DNA of 64,000 bases from Dehalococcoidia bacterium (GCA_963663235.2 CAXXNO010000008.1:168103-232102); one strand, 5' to 3'. Positions 1 through 10,842 are shown, numbered from the stretch's first letter. The notes: generated by a model from the sequence alone, not told the origin. A program made the numbers and translations.

Positions 1-600
1 GCCCACCTGGCGGACCTTTCTGCGCCTGCATGCCCCCGAAATCTGGGCGGCCGACTTTTTCACCGTGCAGACGCTTACCTTGCGGACGTTCTACGTCTTC
101 TTCGTGATCAGTCACGACCGCCGCCGGATCCTGCATGGGAACGTGACCGCGCACCCCACGGCGCCCTGGGTCTGGCGGCAGATCATCGCCGCCACCCCGT
201 GGAACACGGCGCCTCGCTTCCTGATCCGCGACCGGGATCGCAACGACGGCGGTCACTTCGTGCCGAAGGCGGCGGCCCTGGGGATCGAAACGATCTTGAC
301 CCCCGTGCGAGCCCCCAAAGCCAACGCGATCGCGGAGCGGGTGATTGGCACGATCCGGCGAGAGTGTCTGGACCATCTCATCGTGCTCACGGAACGGCAT
401 CTCCGGCGGGTGCTCCGCGAGTACGTCGCCTACGACAACGACACGCGTCCCCACCAGTCTCTGGGCGACCAGCCGCCATCCGGTCCGCGGACGCCGACGC
501 TCCGTGGTGGGGCGCAGCGCCTAGCGAGCCGGCCGATTCTGGGCGGCTTACACCATGAGTACTTCTGGGATGCAGCGTGATGAGGTTTTGAAACACCACA
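1..600 (+). mobile_element. 3' part of rve (IS481/IS3-superfamily-like) insertion sequence; transposase ORF ends at 580
   Basis: DFFTV, LIRDRD, ERVIGTIRRECLDH and RPH motifs; right end GAGGTTTTGAAACACCACA at 582-600; identical by eye to 40551-41150. Confidence 0.9.
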
Positions 601-887
601 GGTCTTGCCTGATTGAGCATCAACCTTGTGATTGTGGTCACAACCATCCCGGACGAGGGGGGCACAGACACGCGTCCCGGACTCTGCAGTCGGTCTCAGG
701 ATGATCTAGACTCCCTCGAGTCGTACCGCAGGAGTTCGGGACGCTCCAGCGCATCCGATTATCGATGGGGGGCTACCTACTCGCAGATATCAGTACTCGC
801 TTTTCCACTGTGATCGCTCGTGGCTGGCTTGCACTCGGTTGAGGCGACACAGAAATTAACCGGAGACGCTTCGGAAAGAGGGGAACT

Positions 888-1292
888 TTGAAGAAAACGT
901 ATTCGTCACCGGAGGGCCACTGGATCACTCCGATCAAGATCAATCACTCGCACGGCATCAGGGCGGGGAACATGATCTTCGTGGGAGGGCAAGTCGATTT
1001 CGACGATAAGGGAAATCTGCAGCATCCGGGTGACATCGTGACCCAGACTCGCGCGGCGATGGATAACCTGAAGCGGATAGTGGAAGATCTGGGCGCCACG
1101 ATGGATGACGTGGTGCAGATCAACACCTTCTATGCCGGAGAAGCCACCGAGGAGGACTGGGTACGCTGCGCCGAGATCCGGTTCGGCTACTTCAAAGCCC
1201 CCGGCCCAACGGCTACCGGCATACACGTGGGGAAACAACTGAACCTCCCTGGTCTCATGGTGGAGGTCAATGCCATCGCGGTCGTTGATTAG
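888..1292 (+). CDS. RidA/YjgF/UK114 family protein
   Basis: HSHGIRAGNMIFVGGQ, QTRAAMDNL, P-TAT and MVEVNAIA motifs; RBS GAGGGG upstream of TTG. Confidence 0.85.
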   Translation: MKKTYSSPEGHWITPIKINHSHGIRAGNMIFVGGQVDFDDKGNLQHPGDIVTQTRAAMDNLKRIVEDLGATMDDVVQINTFYAGEATEEDWVRCAEIRFGYFKAPGPTATGIHVGKQLNLPGLMVEVNAIAVVD

Positions 1293-1390
1293 TGGCTATG
1301 CTTCCACGGGCGTGGATGCAGTCGCATTCGCTTGAGCGATCTTTTTTCCACGGCGTTGCCGAGAACATTGAGGAATCGAGAGGGTGACTC

Positions 1391-2611
1391 ATGACACGCA
1401 GGAAGCCTATATGGTTGGCAACCGGAATCCTCGTGGCGTTTGGACTTCTCGGCGTTGCGGCGGCGTGTGGGGACGACGAGGACGAAGCGGAACAAGCCGT
1501 CGCGCATGCAGTACCCGAGGCTGTGGACTCCAGAGCGCAGCTGGTCGCGCAGTTCCCGGCAGACGTTCAGCCCCTACTCGCGGATATTCCGGAACGCGTC
1601 ATCGCGGCTCTCTGGGACGTGCGGCAGCAAGTACCGGGCACCGTGGTGTTCCGGATGTCGGCTGGTGAACTGGAAGATGCCCAAAACCGAGCGTACCGCG
1701 AGGAGTGGGGCAGAATTACGGGCTGGGAGGTTCTTCAGGCGGGCGATTTTCCGACTCTCGCCGACGTGAAGCTCCAGGCAGAGTCGGGCAACCCAGAGTG
1801 GGATATCGTCGAATTAGGTCTCGCGAATGCCGATTTGGCAGCGGACGAGGGTCTGCTTGAGAAGCTAGACCTCAGCCTTCTCCAGCACGCGACCGACCAG
1901 TACCCCGAAGGCTATACGTATACCGACAACTGGATCACCTATACCCAGTCCATGGTGGTCCTTGTGTTCAGGACCGATGTCTACCCGCTTGACGGCCCGC
2001 ATCCTGAGATGGTCACGGACCTCTTCAACACCGCGGACTTTCCCGGTAAGCGGTGCATCTTTGGCTTTCCGCAGTACGCAGGCACGCTCGAATATGCGCT
2101 CGTTGCCGACGGGGTAGCAGTCGACGAACTGTACCCTCTGGATGTCGACCGCGCCCTGGCGAAGTTGGACACTGTCAAGGACGATGTCGTGTGGTGGGGG
2201 ACCGGTGGCGAAGCGATCCAGTTCATCATCGACGGTCAGTGCGACATGGGGGTCGTCTGGCACGGGCGGCCGGCAATTCGGGTCCGAGACGAGCCAGACC
2301 TTCCGATCGCCGCAGTGTGGGATGGCGCCATGCTGGCCCCCGGCGCCCTGATGATTCTCAAGGACGCGCCTCACTACGACGCTGCGATGTCACTCCTCGC
2401 TTACTCGCTCACTCCGCAGAACCAGTGCGACCTGCTGAATGACATTGGCTATGGTGTGCCGTTGGACGAGTCGTGCCTGAGCGATTTTGGGGTGGAGTGG
2501 AGCGTTACGGCAGAACACGTCGCGCAGAGCGCCAGTGACGAAGATGCTGCCTACTATGGAGCGAATATCGACCAGCTCATCGAGAAGTTTAATGCTTGGT
2601 TGACCGGCTAG
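1391..2611 (+). CDS. ABC transporter substrate-binding lipoprotein, PotD/PotF-like
   Basis: Lipobox AAAC-GDD; WDIVE, FPGKR and DVDRALAKLD motifs; clustered with PotA/B/C-like genes. Confidence 0.85.
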   Translation: MTRRKPIWLATGILVAFGLLGVAAACGDDEDEAEQAVAHAVPEAVDSRAQLVAQFPADVQPLLADIPERVIAALWDVRQQVPGTVVFRMSAGELEDAQNRAYREEWGRITGWEVLQAGDFPTLADVKLQAESGNPEWDIVELGLANADLAADEGLLEKLDLSLLQHATDQYPEGYTYTDNWITYTQSMVVLVFRTDVYPLDGPHPEMVTDLFNTADFPGKRCIFGFPQYAGTLEYALVADGVAVDELYPLDVDRALAKLDTVKDDVVWWGTGGEAIQFIIDGQCDMGVVWHGRPAIRVRDEPDLPIAAVWDGAMLAPGALMILKDAPHYDAAMSLLAYSLTPQNQCDLLNDIGYGVPLDESCLSDFGVEWSVTAEHVAQSASDEDAAYYGANIDQLIEKFNAWLTG

Positions 2612-2845
2612 TGAGAGTGGAAGGTCCGATTTTGCGTGGTCATCCCACTGCTGAGGGACGGATCTCTAGGTGAGAGTTGTATGACGGGGCAGGGAACAAC
2701 AGGAGCCTCCGTGTCGGTGTTAAGGCGGAAGTAGCGGGCCGAGAGACGTTGCTGGACGGAGTAGATGTGTGCCTCACACCTAATGGCGACCGCTACATGA
2801 TGGGGCAGTCGCGCTTCGCCTCGGCGAAGTGATTTCGAGCTTCAC

Positions 2846-3883
2846 ATGATGGGCGCCCCATTCGCTCTGAGTGTCATCAGCGACGGACGCCCAGCGCCCG
2901 GAGATCGGAACTACCAGCGACGCTTTGAGGAACTCCTGGAGGAAGCGCGCGTCGCCGATAGGCTCGGATTCCGCGGGTTTTGGACCTGCGAGCAGCATTA
3001 CGCGGCCGACGATGGGCATCTGGGTGCACAGTTCGCAGCCTTGGCCGGCTTGGCGACAAGCACGTCACGGCTGCGGCTCATGACGAATACTCTGCTGTTG
3101 CCGTTGTACCAGTGGAGGCAAGTCGTTGAGCAGGCTGTCGTGGTCGATCTCCTGTCCGGCGGCCGGCTGGAGATCGGGGTCGCGGGGGGTGGCAACGAGC
3201 GCGACTTCGATATGTTCGGTGTCGACTTCCACCGGCGCGGAGAGCTCATGGAACGGGGCATTCCGTTCATACGCCAAGGACTGGTGGCGGGCGAACTCGC
3301 CGACGGGCCGGGCGGTACCCTGTTGCCAATGACCCCCCGCCCAGTGCAAGAGCGTGTCCCAATCCTCGTCGGTGGCCTCTCTCCTCCTGCTGTAGACCGC
3401 GCGGTGCGGTTGGGCGATGGGCATCTCGCTTATGACTACGAACGGTTCGAGGAGAATCTGCCGAAGTTCTGGGACAGTCAACTGCGGCCGGCGATGGACC
3501 GGCACGGTCGGTCCCTCGCAGATTTTCGATTCACGGCCACGGCGCCGTTCTGGGTGTCGGAAGATCCGGAGCGTGATTGGGAGATCCTCTACAAACCCGC
3601 CTACGCATTCCACATGGGCCAGTACCTGAAGCGCTACCGCTTCCGCACAGCGCAAGACGGCCAACAATATGTGCCGCCTGGTGTAGCCACCGACTTCCGG
3701 CGAGAAGATGTGCTCGTCGACACACCAGAGAACATCGCGCACCGCCTCCTGGCTACGTGGCGAAAAGCGCCTTGGCACGAGTTCAGCTTTTTCTGCCGAC
3801 TTCCCGGTATCCCACATGAACGAACGCTGGAGCATCTTGAATTTGTAGCCCATCGACTAGTTCCGCTGCTTACCGCTGGCTGA
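2846..3883 (+). CDS. LLM-class (luciferase-like) flavin-dependent oxidoreductase
   Basis: ADRLGF-W-EQH, DLLSGGRLEIGV and PRPVQ..PILVGG motifs. Confidence 0.9.
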   Translation: MMGAPFALSVISDGRPAPGDRNYQRRFEELLEEARVADRLGFRGFWTCEQHYAADDGHLGAQFAALAGLATSTSRLRLMTNTLLLPLYQWRQVVEQAVVVDLLSGGRLEIGVAGGGNERDFDMFGVDFHRRGELMERGIPFIRQGLVAGELADGPGGTLLPMTPRPVQERVPILVGGLSPPAVDRAVRLGDGHLAYDYERFEENLPKFWDSQLRPAMDRHGRSLADFRFTATAPFWVSEDPERDWEILYKPAYAFHMGQYLKRYRFRTAQDGQQYVPPGVATDFRREDVLVDTPENIAHRLLATWRKAPWHEFSFFCRLPGIPHERTLEHLEFVAHRLVPLLTAG

Positions 3884-4121
3884 CGTCGGCGAGACTGAGC
3901 GGGATTTCGGAGAGGCAAGGGGGTCCCTGTCGGCCGATCTTGCTGAGGGTGATCACCGGCGAACGCCTGATCTACAGGAGTCGGGATGGTGGGTTGGTGG
4001 TCCGGCCCTCATTCGACCGGAGGCGGTGTAGCGTGGACAGGACGCGTGCTGGGCAGGGAGGGCGCCGGCGCGGGCTCCACGAGATGCGCCGCGTCGATCC
4101 CCCCACCTCGGTGACCGCTGC

Positions 4122-5249
4122 ATGAGTCGATCGGCAAGCGCAGAGGGCGCCGCCGAAGTGCGCCTCGAGGGGATTCAGCACCGCTTCGGCGAAGTCTGGG
4201 CCGTCCGCGGGATCTCCCTGACAGTTAAGCCTGGAGAGTTCCTCACCCTCCTCGGTCCGAGCGGATCGGGGAAGACCACGCTGCTCCGCATCATCGGTGG
4301 GCTCCTCCGGCCTTCTGAAGGCCGCGTGTACGTCGCCGGTCAGGACATCACGGCCCACCCGCCTCAAAAGCGCAACATGGGCTTCGTGTTCCAGAACTAT
4401 GCTCTCTTTCCCCACTTGTCGGTGTACGACAACGTGGCCTTTCCTCTGCAGATACGCAGAATGCGGCGCCAAAAAATACGCGATCGGGTGAACGAGGTCC
4501 TGACCCTGGTCCAGCTCACTGGTTTGGAGAACCGGTACCCGGCTCAGCTGAGTGGGGGTCAGCAGCAGCGCGTCTCGCTCGCTCGCGCGATCGTCTTCTA
4601 TCCCAACGTCTTGCTCATGGACGAGCCGTTGGGATCCCTTGATAAGCGCTTGCGTCAGCAGTTGCAGTTGGAGCTTCGGCACCTCCAACACGATCTTGGC
4701 ATCACGGCCATTTACGTCACACACGATCAAGAAGAAGCATTTGCCATGTCTGATCGGATTGCGGTCGTGCACGAGGGAGAACTTCGCCAGCTCGATCAGC
4801 CGTCGCAGGTCTACCGGAAGCCAGGTGACTCCTTCATCGCTGACTTTGTCGGCGACCTGAACCGCTTTGAGGGAGAGCTCGTCCAGAGCAACGGTCCGAC
4901 GGGTGTGTTGAGGACGTCGGACGGGATGGAGATCCTGATCAGCCTGCATGGCGTCGCGCAGGGAAGTCGACAGTTCGTCTGCGGCATCCGACCCGAGCGC
5001 GTGGAGGTCGGCGAAAACGCCGTGGGAGATAATCGCTACCGCGGAGTAGTCCGCGCTCTGACCTTTCAAGGTACCCACTACCGTTGTGAACTCGAGCTCC
5101 CGAACGGGAGGAGGGTATCCGCTTCAATCTACCGAGAAGATCCTGGAGTGCGGGAGGGGGAGGAAGTCTGGTTGGGATGGAACGCCGAGGAGGCACTGGT
5201 ATTTGGCGGAGACTTCAACTCGAATGAGTCCGGCTTCAATGAGCGCTGA
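4122..5249 (+). CDS. ABC transporter ATP-binding protein, PotA-like, with C-terminal TOBE domain
   Basis: Walker A GPSGSGKT, LSGGQQQR, LLMDEP, YVTHDQ. Confidence 0.95.
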   Translation: MSRSASAEGAAEVRLEGIQHRFGEVWAVRGISLTVKPGEFLTLLGPSGSGKTTLLRIIGGLLRPSEGRVYVAGQDITAHPPQKRNMGFVFQNYALFPHLSVYDNVAFPLQIRRMRRQKIRDRVNEVLTLVQLTGLENRYPAQLSGGQQQRVSLARAIVFYPNVLLMDEPLGSLDKRLRQQLQLELRHLQHDLGITAIYVTHDQEEAFAMSDRIAVVHEGELRQLDQPSQVYRKPGDSFIADFVGDLNRFEGELVQSNGPTGVLRTSDGMEILISLHGVAQGSRQFVCGIRPERVEVGENAVGDNRYRGVVRALTFQGTHYRCELELPNGRRVSASIYREDPGVREGEEVWLGWNAEEALVFGGDFNSNESGFNER

Positions 5250-5282
5250 AGGCTGTGAGCCGACGAGGAGCGCGGAACAGTA

Positions 5283-6167
5283 ATGCAGAGAGCGCTCACG
5301 CTCCAGAAGACGATCGTGCAGCCTCGTACGCGCAACGCACTTCTGGCAGCGTGTCTCTTGGGTCCCACGCTTGTCTTGCTCGGCGTTCTGTTCGTCTACC
5401 CTCTTGTCGACGGTGTGTTGATACGAAGTTTTTCTGATCCTGAGGTGGGGTTTCAGAACTATACGCGTCTCTACAGTTCTGTAGCATTCCGGAACATCCT
5501 GCGACTCACGTTCGAGATAGCGTTGTACACGACGCTGGTGTGCCTACTTCTTGCGTATCCATTCGCTTATTTTCTAACGACACTGCCGAAGCGGCGTGCA
5601 CAATTCTTTTTGGCGCTCAGCCTCGTTCCATTCTGGACCGCGATCCTCGCCCGCCTTTATGCCTGGACAGCGATATTAGGGCGCCGCGGTATCATCAACG
5701 ATTGGTTGATAGAGGCCAACCTTATCGATGAGCCGATCGATCTTCTGTTCAACCGTACCGCGGTGATCATCGGCATGGTCCACATTCTGCTTCCATTCAT
5801 GATCATCATTCTCTATTCCACCATGATCGCGATCGACCGCGAGCTGCAAGATGCTGCAAGAAGCCTTGGAGCCAGCGGCTTTCAGACCTTTCGGCGTGTG
5901 TTCCTCCCACTCTCGATGCCTGGCGTCTACGCGGGTGTCCTCCTGGTCTTCATCATCTCGCTTGGATTTTTCATCACACCGGCTGTGCTGGGTGGCGGGG
6001 GCGACATCACTATCGCCATTTTCGTCCAACAGCAGGTGAGCATCTTGAATTGGGGCGTGGCTAGCGCCATGAGCATGGTGCTGCTCGTGGTTACAATCAT
6101 TCTCTTCTTCGTATTCAACCGATTGTTCGGCGCCGAGCGGATGGTAGCGGGAGCCTTGCGCGGATGA
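5283..6167 (+). CDS. ABC transporter permease, PotB-like
   Basis: Multiple TM segments; EAA-like loop DAARSLGAS; FITPAVLGG. Confidence 0.92.
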   Translation: MQRALTLQKTIVQPRTRNALLAACLLGPTLVLLGVLFVYPLVDGVLIRSFSDPEVGFQNYTRLYSSVAFRNILRLTFEIALYTTLVCLLLAYPFAYFLTTLPKRRAQFFLALSLVPFWTAILARLYAWTAILGRRGIINDWLIEANLIDEPIDLLFNRTAVIIGMVHILLPFMIIILYSTMIAIDRELQDAARSLGASGFQTFRRVFLPLSMPGVYAGVLLVFIISLGFFITPAVLGGGGDITIAIFVQQQVSILNWGVASAMSMVLLVVTIILFFVFNRLFGAERMVAGALRG

Positions 6168-6991
6168 CCGTGGTGCGCAGAGTCAGCCCTATGAGAGTCG
6201 TTCTCTACATCGTCTTCGTGGGCGTGCTCATCTTCTTGTTCCTGCCGCTTATCGTGGTGATTCCCATTTCGTTCAACCCCGGAACAGTATTGCGGTTCCC
6301 TCCCGATGGCATCTCGCTGCGCTGGTACAACGACTTCTTTGGCGATCAGCGCTGGCTCGACGCTGCGTGGCTGAGCCTGCGCCTTGGCATCACCGTAGCC
6401 ATTCTTGCAACCGTGTTAGCGCTCGGAGCCGCCGTCGCCCTGACGCGCTTCGTGACCGTGGGGAAGCCGCTGCTGCGGGCATTGATCCTGTCACCCCTCA
6501 TCGTCCCCCTCATCGTCACGTCCATCGCCGTCTTCGAAGTCTTCAATGAACTCGGTCTCCTGCGATCTTTCTGGGGGCTCGTTCTTGCTCACACGATTTT
6601 GGCTCTGCCATTTGGCGTGATCATTATCGAGAGCGCATTGAGGAATTTCGACGTCACGCTGGAAGAGGCGGCTATGAGTCTCGGGGCGTCGCGCCTGGTC
6701 GCGTTCCGCAGGATCACCGTGCCGTTGATCGCGCCTGGTCTGTTCGGCGCAGCGGTCATCGCCTTCATTACTTCATGGGACGAAGTGGTTATGGTTCTGT
6801 TCGTCGGCGGTGCCAGGAACCAGACTCTCCCGGTCAGAATGTTTCAGTTCCTCGAGACGCAGATTCGTCCGACGATTGCGGCGATTTCGACGCTCTTGAT
6901 TGTCGCGTTGCTGATAGCCCTTGTTCTCCGTCAACTCTTAATCCTTCGCCAGCGGCGCCGGATGGGTTCTGTCAGATCTCAGGGCTCGTAA
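6164..6991 (+). CDS. ABC transporter permease, PotC-like (last codons supplied by an IS6 end)
   Basis: EEAAMSLGA, FITSWDE, TLPV motifs; ATGA overlap with the upstream permease. Confidence 0.92.
   Translation: MTVVRRVSPMRVVLYIVFVGVLIFLFLPLIVVIPISFNPGTVLRFPPDGISLRWYNDFFGDQRWLDAAWLSLRLGITVAILATVLALGAAVALTRFVTVGKPLLRALILSPLIVPLIVTSIAVFEVFNELGLLRSFWGLVLAHTILALPFGVIIIESALRNFDVTLEEAAMSLGASRLVAFRRITVPLIAPGLFGAAVIAFITSWDEVVMVLFVGGARNQTLPVRMFQFLETQIRPTIAAISTLLIVALLIALVLRQLLILRQRRRMGSVRSQGS
6965..6985 (+). mobile_element. Solo IS6-family terminal inverted repeat
   Basis: GGTTCTGTCAGATCTCAGGGC matches the ends of the IS6 at 53574-54527. Confidence 0.8.
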
Positions 6992-7084
6992 CTGTAGCGG
7001 AGCCTCGCCCCCGACTCTGACCTGCCCCCCCAAAACTGATCCACGCGGAGTGAGAGGATTCCGGGGATCGGGAAGGGAGCCGGC

Positions 7085-7363
7085 ATGGCACGCAAGCGGT
7101 ACGCGGCCGAGGAGATCATCGGCAATCTGCGGGAAGCGGAAGTGGCCTTGGCCCAGGGCCAGACGATCGGAGCGGTGGCGCGGACGCTTGGGATCAGCGA
7201 GCCGACCTCTTACCGCTGGCGCCGGGAGTACGGCGGGTTGCGGGTCGATCAGGCGAAGCGGCTGAAGGAGCTCGAACGGGAGAACAGCCGCCTGAAGCGG
7301 CTGGTGGCGGACCAGGCGTTGGACAATGCGATGTTGCGAGACGTCGCAGCGGGAAACTTCTGA
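7085..7363 (+). CDS. IS3-family transposase OrfA
   Basis: HTH (YRWRREYGG) plus zipper KRLKELERENSRLKRLVAD; ends in GGGAAACTTCTGA. Confidence 0.92.
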   Translation: MARKRYAAEEIIGNLREAEVALAQGQTIGAVARTLGISEPTSYRWRREYGGLRVDQAKRLKELERENSRLKRLVADQALDNAMLRDVAAGNF

Positions 7364-8230
7364 GCCCGGCCAAGCGGCGCCGGGCGACCACCCATCTCAC
7401 CGACCAGTACGCCGTGTCCGAGCGGCGGGCCTGCCAGGTCACTGGCCAGGCGCGGGCGACGCAGCGCTCTGTGCCCCGGCCGTCCACGGATGAGCCGGCG
7501 CTGATCGCGCGAATCGTCGCCCTGGCCACGCGCTTCGGCCGCTACGGCTACCGCCGCATCACGGCCCTGCTGCGTCAGGAAGGCTGGCGCGTGAACCACA
7601 AGCGGGTCGAACGGCTCTGGCGCCAGGAAGGCCTGCGGGCCCCCGTGAAACAGCCCAAGCGGGGCCGCCTCTGGCTCGGGGACGGCTCGCTGGTGCGGCG
7701 GCGGGCCGAACGGCCCCACCACGTCTGGTCCTACGACTTCGTCTTCGACCGCACCGCCGAGGGGCGCCCGGTGCGGATCCTCGCCATCGTGGACGAGGAC
7801 CACGCGCGAGTGCCTGAGTCTCGACGTGGCCCGCCGGCTGTGCAGCGACGACGTCCTGGCGCGGCTGGCCCAGCTCTTCGTCGAGCGCGGGCCGCCGACG
7901 TTTCTGCGGTCCGACAACGGCCCGGAGTTCACCGCCACCGCGGTGCGGGACTGGCTGCACCGGGTCGGGGTCACGACCCTCTTCATCGAACCGGGCAGTC
8001 CCTGGGAGAACGGCTATGTGGAGTCCTTCAACGGCAAGCTGCGCGACGAGTGCCTCAACCGCGAACGCTTCGACACGCTGCTCGAAGCCCAGGTCCTCAT
8101 AGAGGGCTGGCGGCGGGAATATAACCAGATCCGGCCCCACAGTGCGCTGGGATATCGCCCCCCGGCCCCCGAGACCCAGCAACCCCGGGAAGGTCCCCTG
8201 CCAATCCTCCCGGCGATCGGACTAACTTAA
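7360..8230 (+). pseudogene. IS3-family transposase OrfB, frameshifted near 7800
   Basis: WSYDF in one frame, RSDNGPEF/ESFNGKLRDE in another; extra base at GACGAGGACCACGCGCGAG. Confidence 0.85.
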
Positions 8231-8290
8231 CGACTGGTACAACGATCGGGGGCAGGTCAGACTCACGACCCACGGGCAGAGGAGTGCTCT

Positions 8291-8368
8291 ATGACCGAGG
8301 ACCAGTCGCTCAACCTGCAACTCTACCGCTCCATGCGCAGCATCCGTAGCTTTGAGGAGAAAGTGTAG
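8291..8368 (+). pseudogene. N-terminal fragment of a TPP-dependent dehydrogenase E1 alpha subunit
   Basis: MTEDQSLNLQLYRSMRSIRSFEEKV* fits the LY..M..IR.FE N-terminus; RBS AGAGGAG. Confidence 0.6.
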
Positions 8369-8370
8369 CC

Positions 8371-8790
8371 ATGCCGGATTCTACTGTTCAAGCTCAGACC
8401 GGGATCGAGACCGTAAAGCGCTGGCACAAGGCTATGGCCCGCGCTGATGCAGACGCGATCAAGGCCGCCGTCACCGACGACTTCAGCTGGCACATGGTTG
8501 GGTTGAAGGAGTTTCCGATCGGCCAGCCGCGCGAAGGCGGCCAGGGCATGGTCGACTATCTCACCGACTTGCTCGATGTGTTGGAGGTCCAGAGTGTCAA
8601 CCGGCACACCTACCTAGAGGAGGGTGACACTGTCGTCAGCGTCGGCTCATCCCGACTAACCGCGAAGGCGAGCGGTAGGGCCATCGAGACGGATTACGCT
8701 CAGGTATTCACCGTTCGTGAAGGCAAAGTGGCCCGCGCTCGGGAATACGTCGACGTCGATGCCTTCCGCGACGCGCTGCGAGATGCGTAG
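8371..8790 (+). CDS. SnoaL/NTF2-like family protein
   Basis: 139 aa; EEGDTVV, SGR..ETDYAQVFTVREGKV..REYVD. Confidence 0.85.
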   Translation: MPDSTVQAQTGIETVKRWHKAMARADADAIKAAVTDDFSWHMVGLKEFPIGQPREGGQGMVDYLTDLLDVLEVQSVNRHTYLEEGDTVVSVGSSRLTAKASGRAIETDYAQVFTVREGKVARAREYVDVDAFRDALRDA

Positions 8791-8819
8791 GCCCATCAGG
8801 TGCTATGTCCGCTGCCTGC

Positions 8820-9933
8820 TGTACTGGCCCAAAACTCTGTCCGTCTTGCCCGAGGGCCCTGTGAGGCTGAGCCTCCCGACCGAGGAGATCGGTCATGTGG
8901 CTCTACTTTCGCCTGTTCCTCCTGGGGCTCCGGCTGCTCCGCCGCGATCGCCGGGATCTCGTGCTGGAGAACCTCGCCCTGCGGCAGCAACTGGCGGTTT
9001 TCGAGCGCCGCGGCCGCCGGCCGACGCTCGGACCGGCGCTTCTGGTCGCGCCTCGCCCGGGGCTGGCACCCATGGCGGCGGCATCTCGTCCTGGTCCAGC
9101 CGGACACCGTGGTGCGCTGGCATCGGACCGTGTGGCGGATCCACTGGCGTCGGACGAGTCGGGTGCGCCGACTGGGCCGCCCGCGCGTCGACCCGGCGGT
9201 GATCGCCTTGATCCGGCGGCTGCGACACGAGAACCCGACCTGGGGAACGCGACGGATCCAGGGCGAACTCCATCAGCTGGGGCTCTCCGTGAGCCGCACC
9301 ACGATCCAGCGCTACGGCTCTCGACCCGCGCCCTCGCCGAGCTGGCGCACCTTCCTCCGGCTCCACGCGGCCGAGATCTGGGCCTGCGACTTCTTCACCG
9401 TGCAGACGCTGACGTTCCGCACGCTCCACGTCTTCTTCGTGATCACGCATGCCCGCCGCGCCCTCGTGTATTGGAACGTCACGCGGCACCCCACGGCCGC
9501 TTGGGTTTGGCAGCAGATCCGCGAAGCCACCCCGTGGGGTCAGCACCCGCACTATCTAATCCGCGATCGCGATGCCAAGTTCGGTGGCGATTTCGTCCCG
9601 CGTGCCCGGGGCATCGGGATCGAAACGATCCGCACCCCGTTCCGCGCGCCCCAGGCGAATGCCATCGCCGAGCGCGTCGTCGGCACGCTGCGCCGCGAGT
9701 GCCTCGACCACGTGATCGTGCTCAACGAGCGGCATCTCCGTCGGCTCTTACGCGAGTACGTGGCCTTCTACAACGCGGCGCGTCCGCACCAAGCTCTCGA
9801 CCAAGCGCCCCCTGCCGGCGACCGGGGAAGCGGCGGGCCTGGGACGCGAGTCGTGGGCGAGCCTATCCTCGGCGGCTTGCATCACGTCTACCGATGGGCC
9901 GCCTGACGCCGGACAGGGTTTTGGGCCGCCACA
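8820..9933 (+). mobile_element. rve-type IS; transposase 8895-9906 frameshifted near 9030
   Basis: Ends TGTACTGGCCCAAAACTCTGTCC / GGACAGGGTTTTGGGCCGCCACA; N-terminus MWLYFRL and catalytic core are in different frames. Confidence 0.92.
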
Positions 9934-10542
9934 CAGAGTCGGGACCGTCAGGAAGTCGGCGGCCCAGATCGCGTCGCGGTGATTGGCGAGGAAGGTCCGC
10001 CACCGCTGGGAGGGCGGGCGCCGACGGGCCTGGCGCCGGTAGCGGCGAACGGTCTCGGCACTGACCTCATGGCCCAACACCCGCAGCTCGCCTCGGATGC
10101 GGACCGCGCCCCAACGCGGGTTCTCCCGCGCCAGGCGGAGGATGAGGGCGCGGGCCTCTTCGGGGATCCGCCGTCGACCGGGTCGTCTCGCGCGACTCTT
10201 GCGGGCCCAATACCGGCGCCAGCCCGACCGCTGCCACCGCACCACCGTGTCGGGGTGCAAGACCAGCAGGGACCCACGCCAGCCGGACCAGCGTCCCAAG
10301 ACGTGCGCCCAGAGCACGCGATCGGCGTTCGTCACGCGGGGGTGGCGCTCGCACATCACCAATTGGTGGCGCAGCGCGAGATTCTCGAGGAGCAGGTCAC
10401 GGCGTGAGCGCCCGAAGCGCCCGACGAACCCGAGGAACAAGCTGAGCGCAGTCCGCATTCGAGCCTCCCATCCGTCACGGGAGGTTCCCGGCGAGGCTGC
10501 CGTGGTGCAAGTTCGAAGCGATCCGCATTCTGTGGTCCCACA
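9934..10542 (-). mobile_element. 5' half of another rve-type IS, truncated at 9933 (ORF starts 10458)
   Basis: LLLENLALRHQL...ENPRWG...WAADFLTVPT; left end TGTGGGACCACAGAATGCGGATC on the minus strand from 10542. Confidence 0.88.
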
Positions 10543-10650
10543 GGACCTTCATCAAGCGCGGCGGCTAAGCCGCCCGCAGGCGCGGAATAGGCAGAAGAGC
10601 CAGCACCTCCTGGGCGTCCGGGTAGTGAGGTCAGCGTCTAAGCTCTAGGT

Positions 10651-10842
10651 ATGGGCGACGACGACCACTGGGCACTCCCGCGTGAGGGAGATCTCGATCC
10701 CGACCTAGCCGAGGAAGCCAGCGACTTCGACTGGGAGGCGCCGCGACGAGGCGTGTGGCCGATAGTCCTGCGGATTGTGACGGTTCTGCTCGTAGCGGCG
10801 CTGGCGGTCGTACCGGTCGTGCTTCTGCTGCAGGCATCCTGA
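10651..10842 (+). CDS. Small hypothetical membrane protein
   Basis: 63 aa; acidic N-terminus and one C-terminal hydrophobic helix. Confidence 0.45.
   Translation: MGDDDHWALPREGDLDPDLAEEASDFDWEAPRRGVWPIVLRIVTVLLVAALAVVPVVLLLQAS

Larger units (their letters stand above)
44..7145 (+). repeat. Copy 1 of a ~7.1-kb direct repeat (copy 2 at 32899-40025)
   Basis: ORF track repeats at offset 32855; only a few SNPs seen. Confidence 0.97.
7018..8259 (+). mobile_element. IS3-family insertion sequence with 5-bp target duplication GACTC
   Basis: Ends TGACCTGCCCCC...GGGGGCAGGTCA; GACTC at 7013-7017 and 8260-8264; orfA/orfB with GGGAAAC slippery site. Confidence 0.95.

Noticed and set aside
9015-9045. Programmed frameshift in the rve transposase
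   Set aside because: No slippery heptamer; related copies (32407, 40099) are single ORFs with extra residues here, so this is a small deletion
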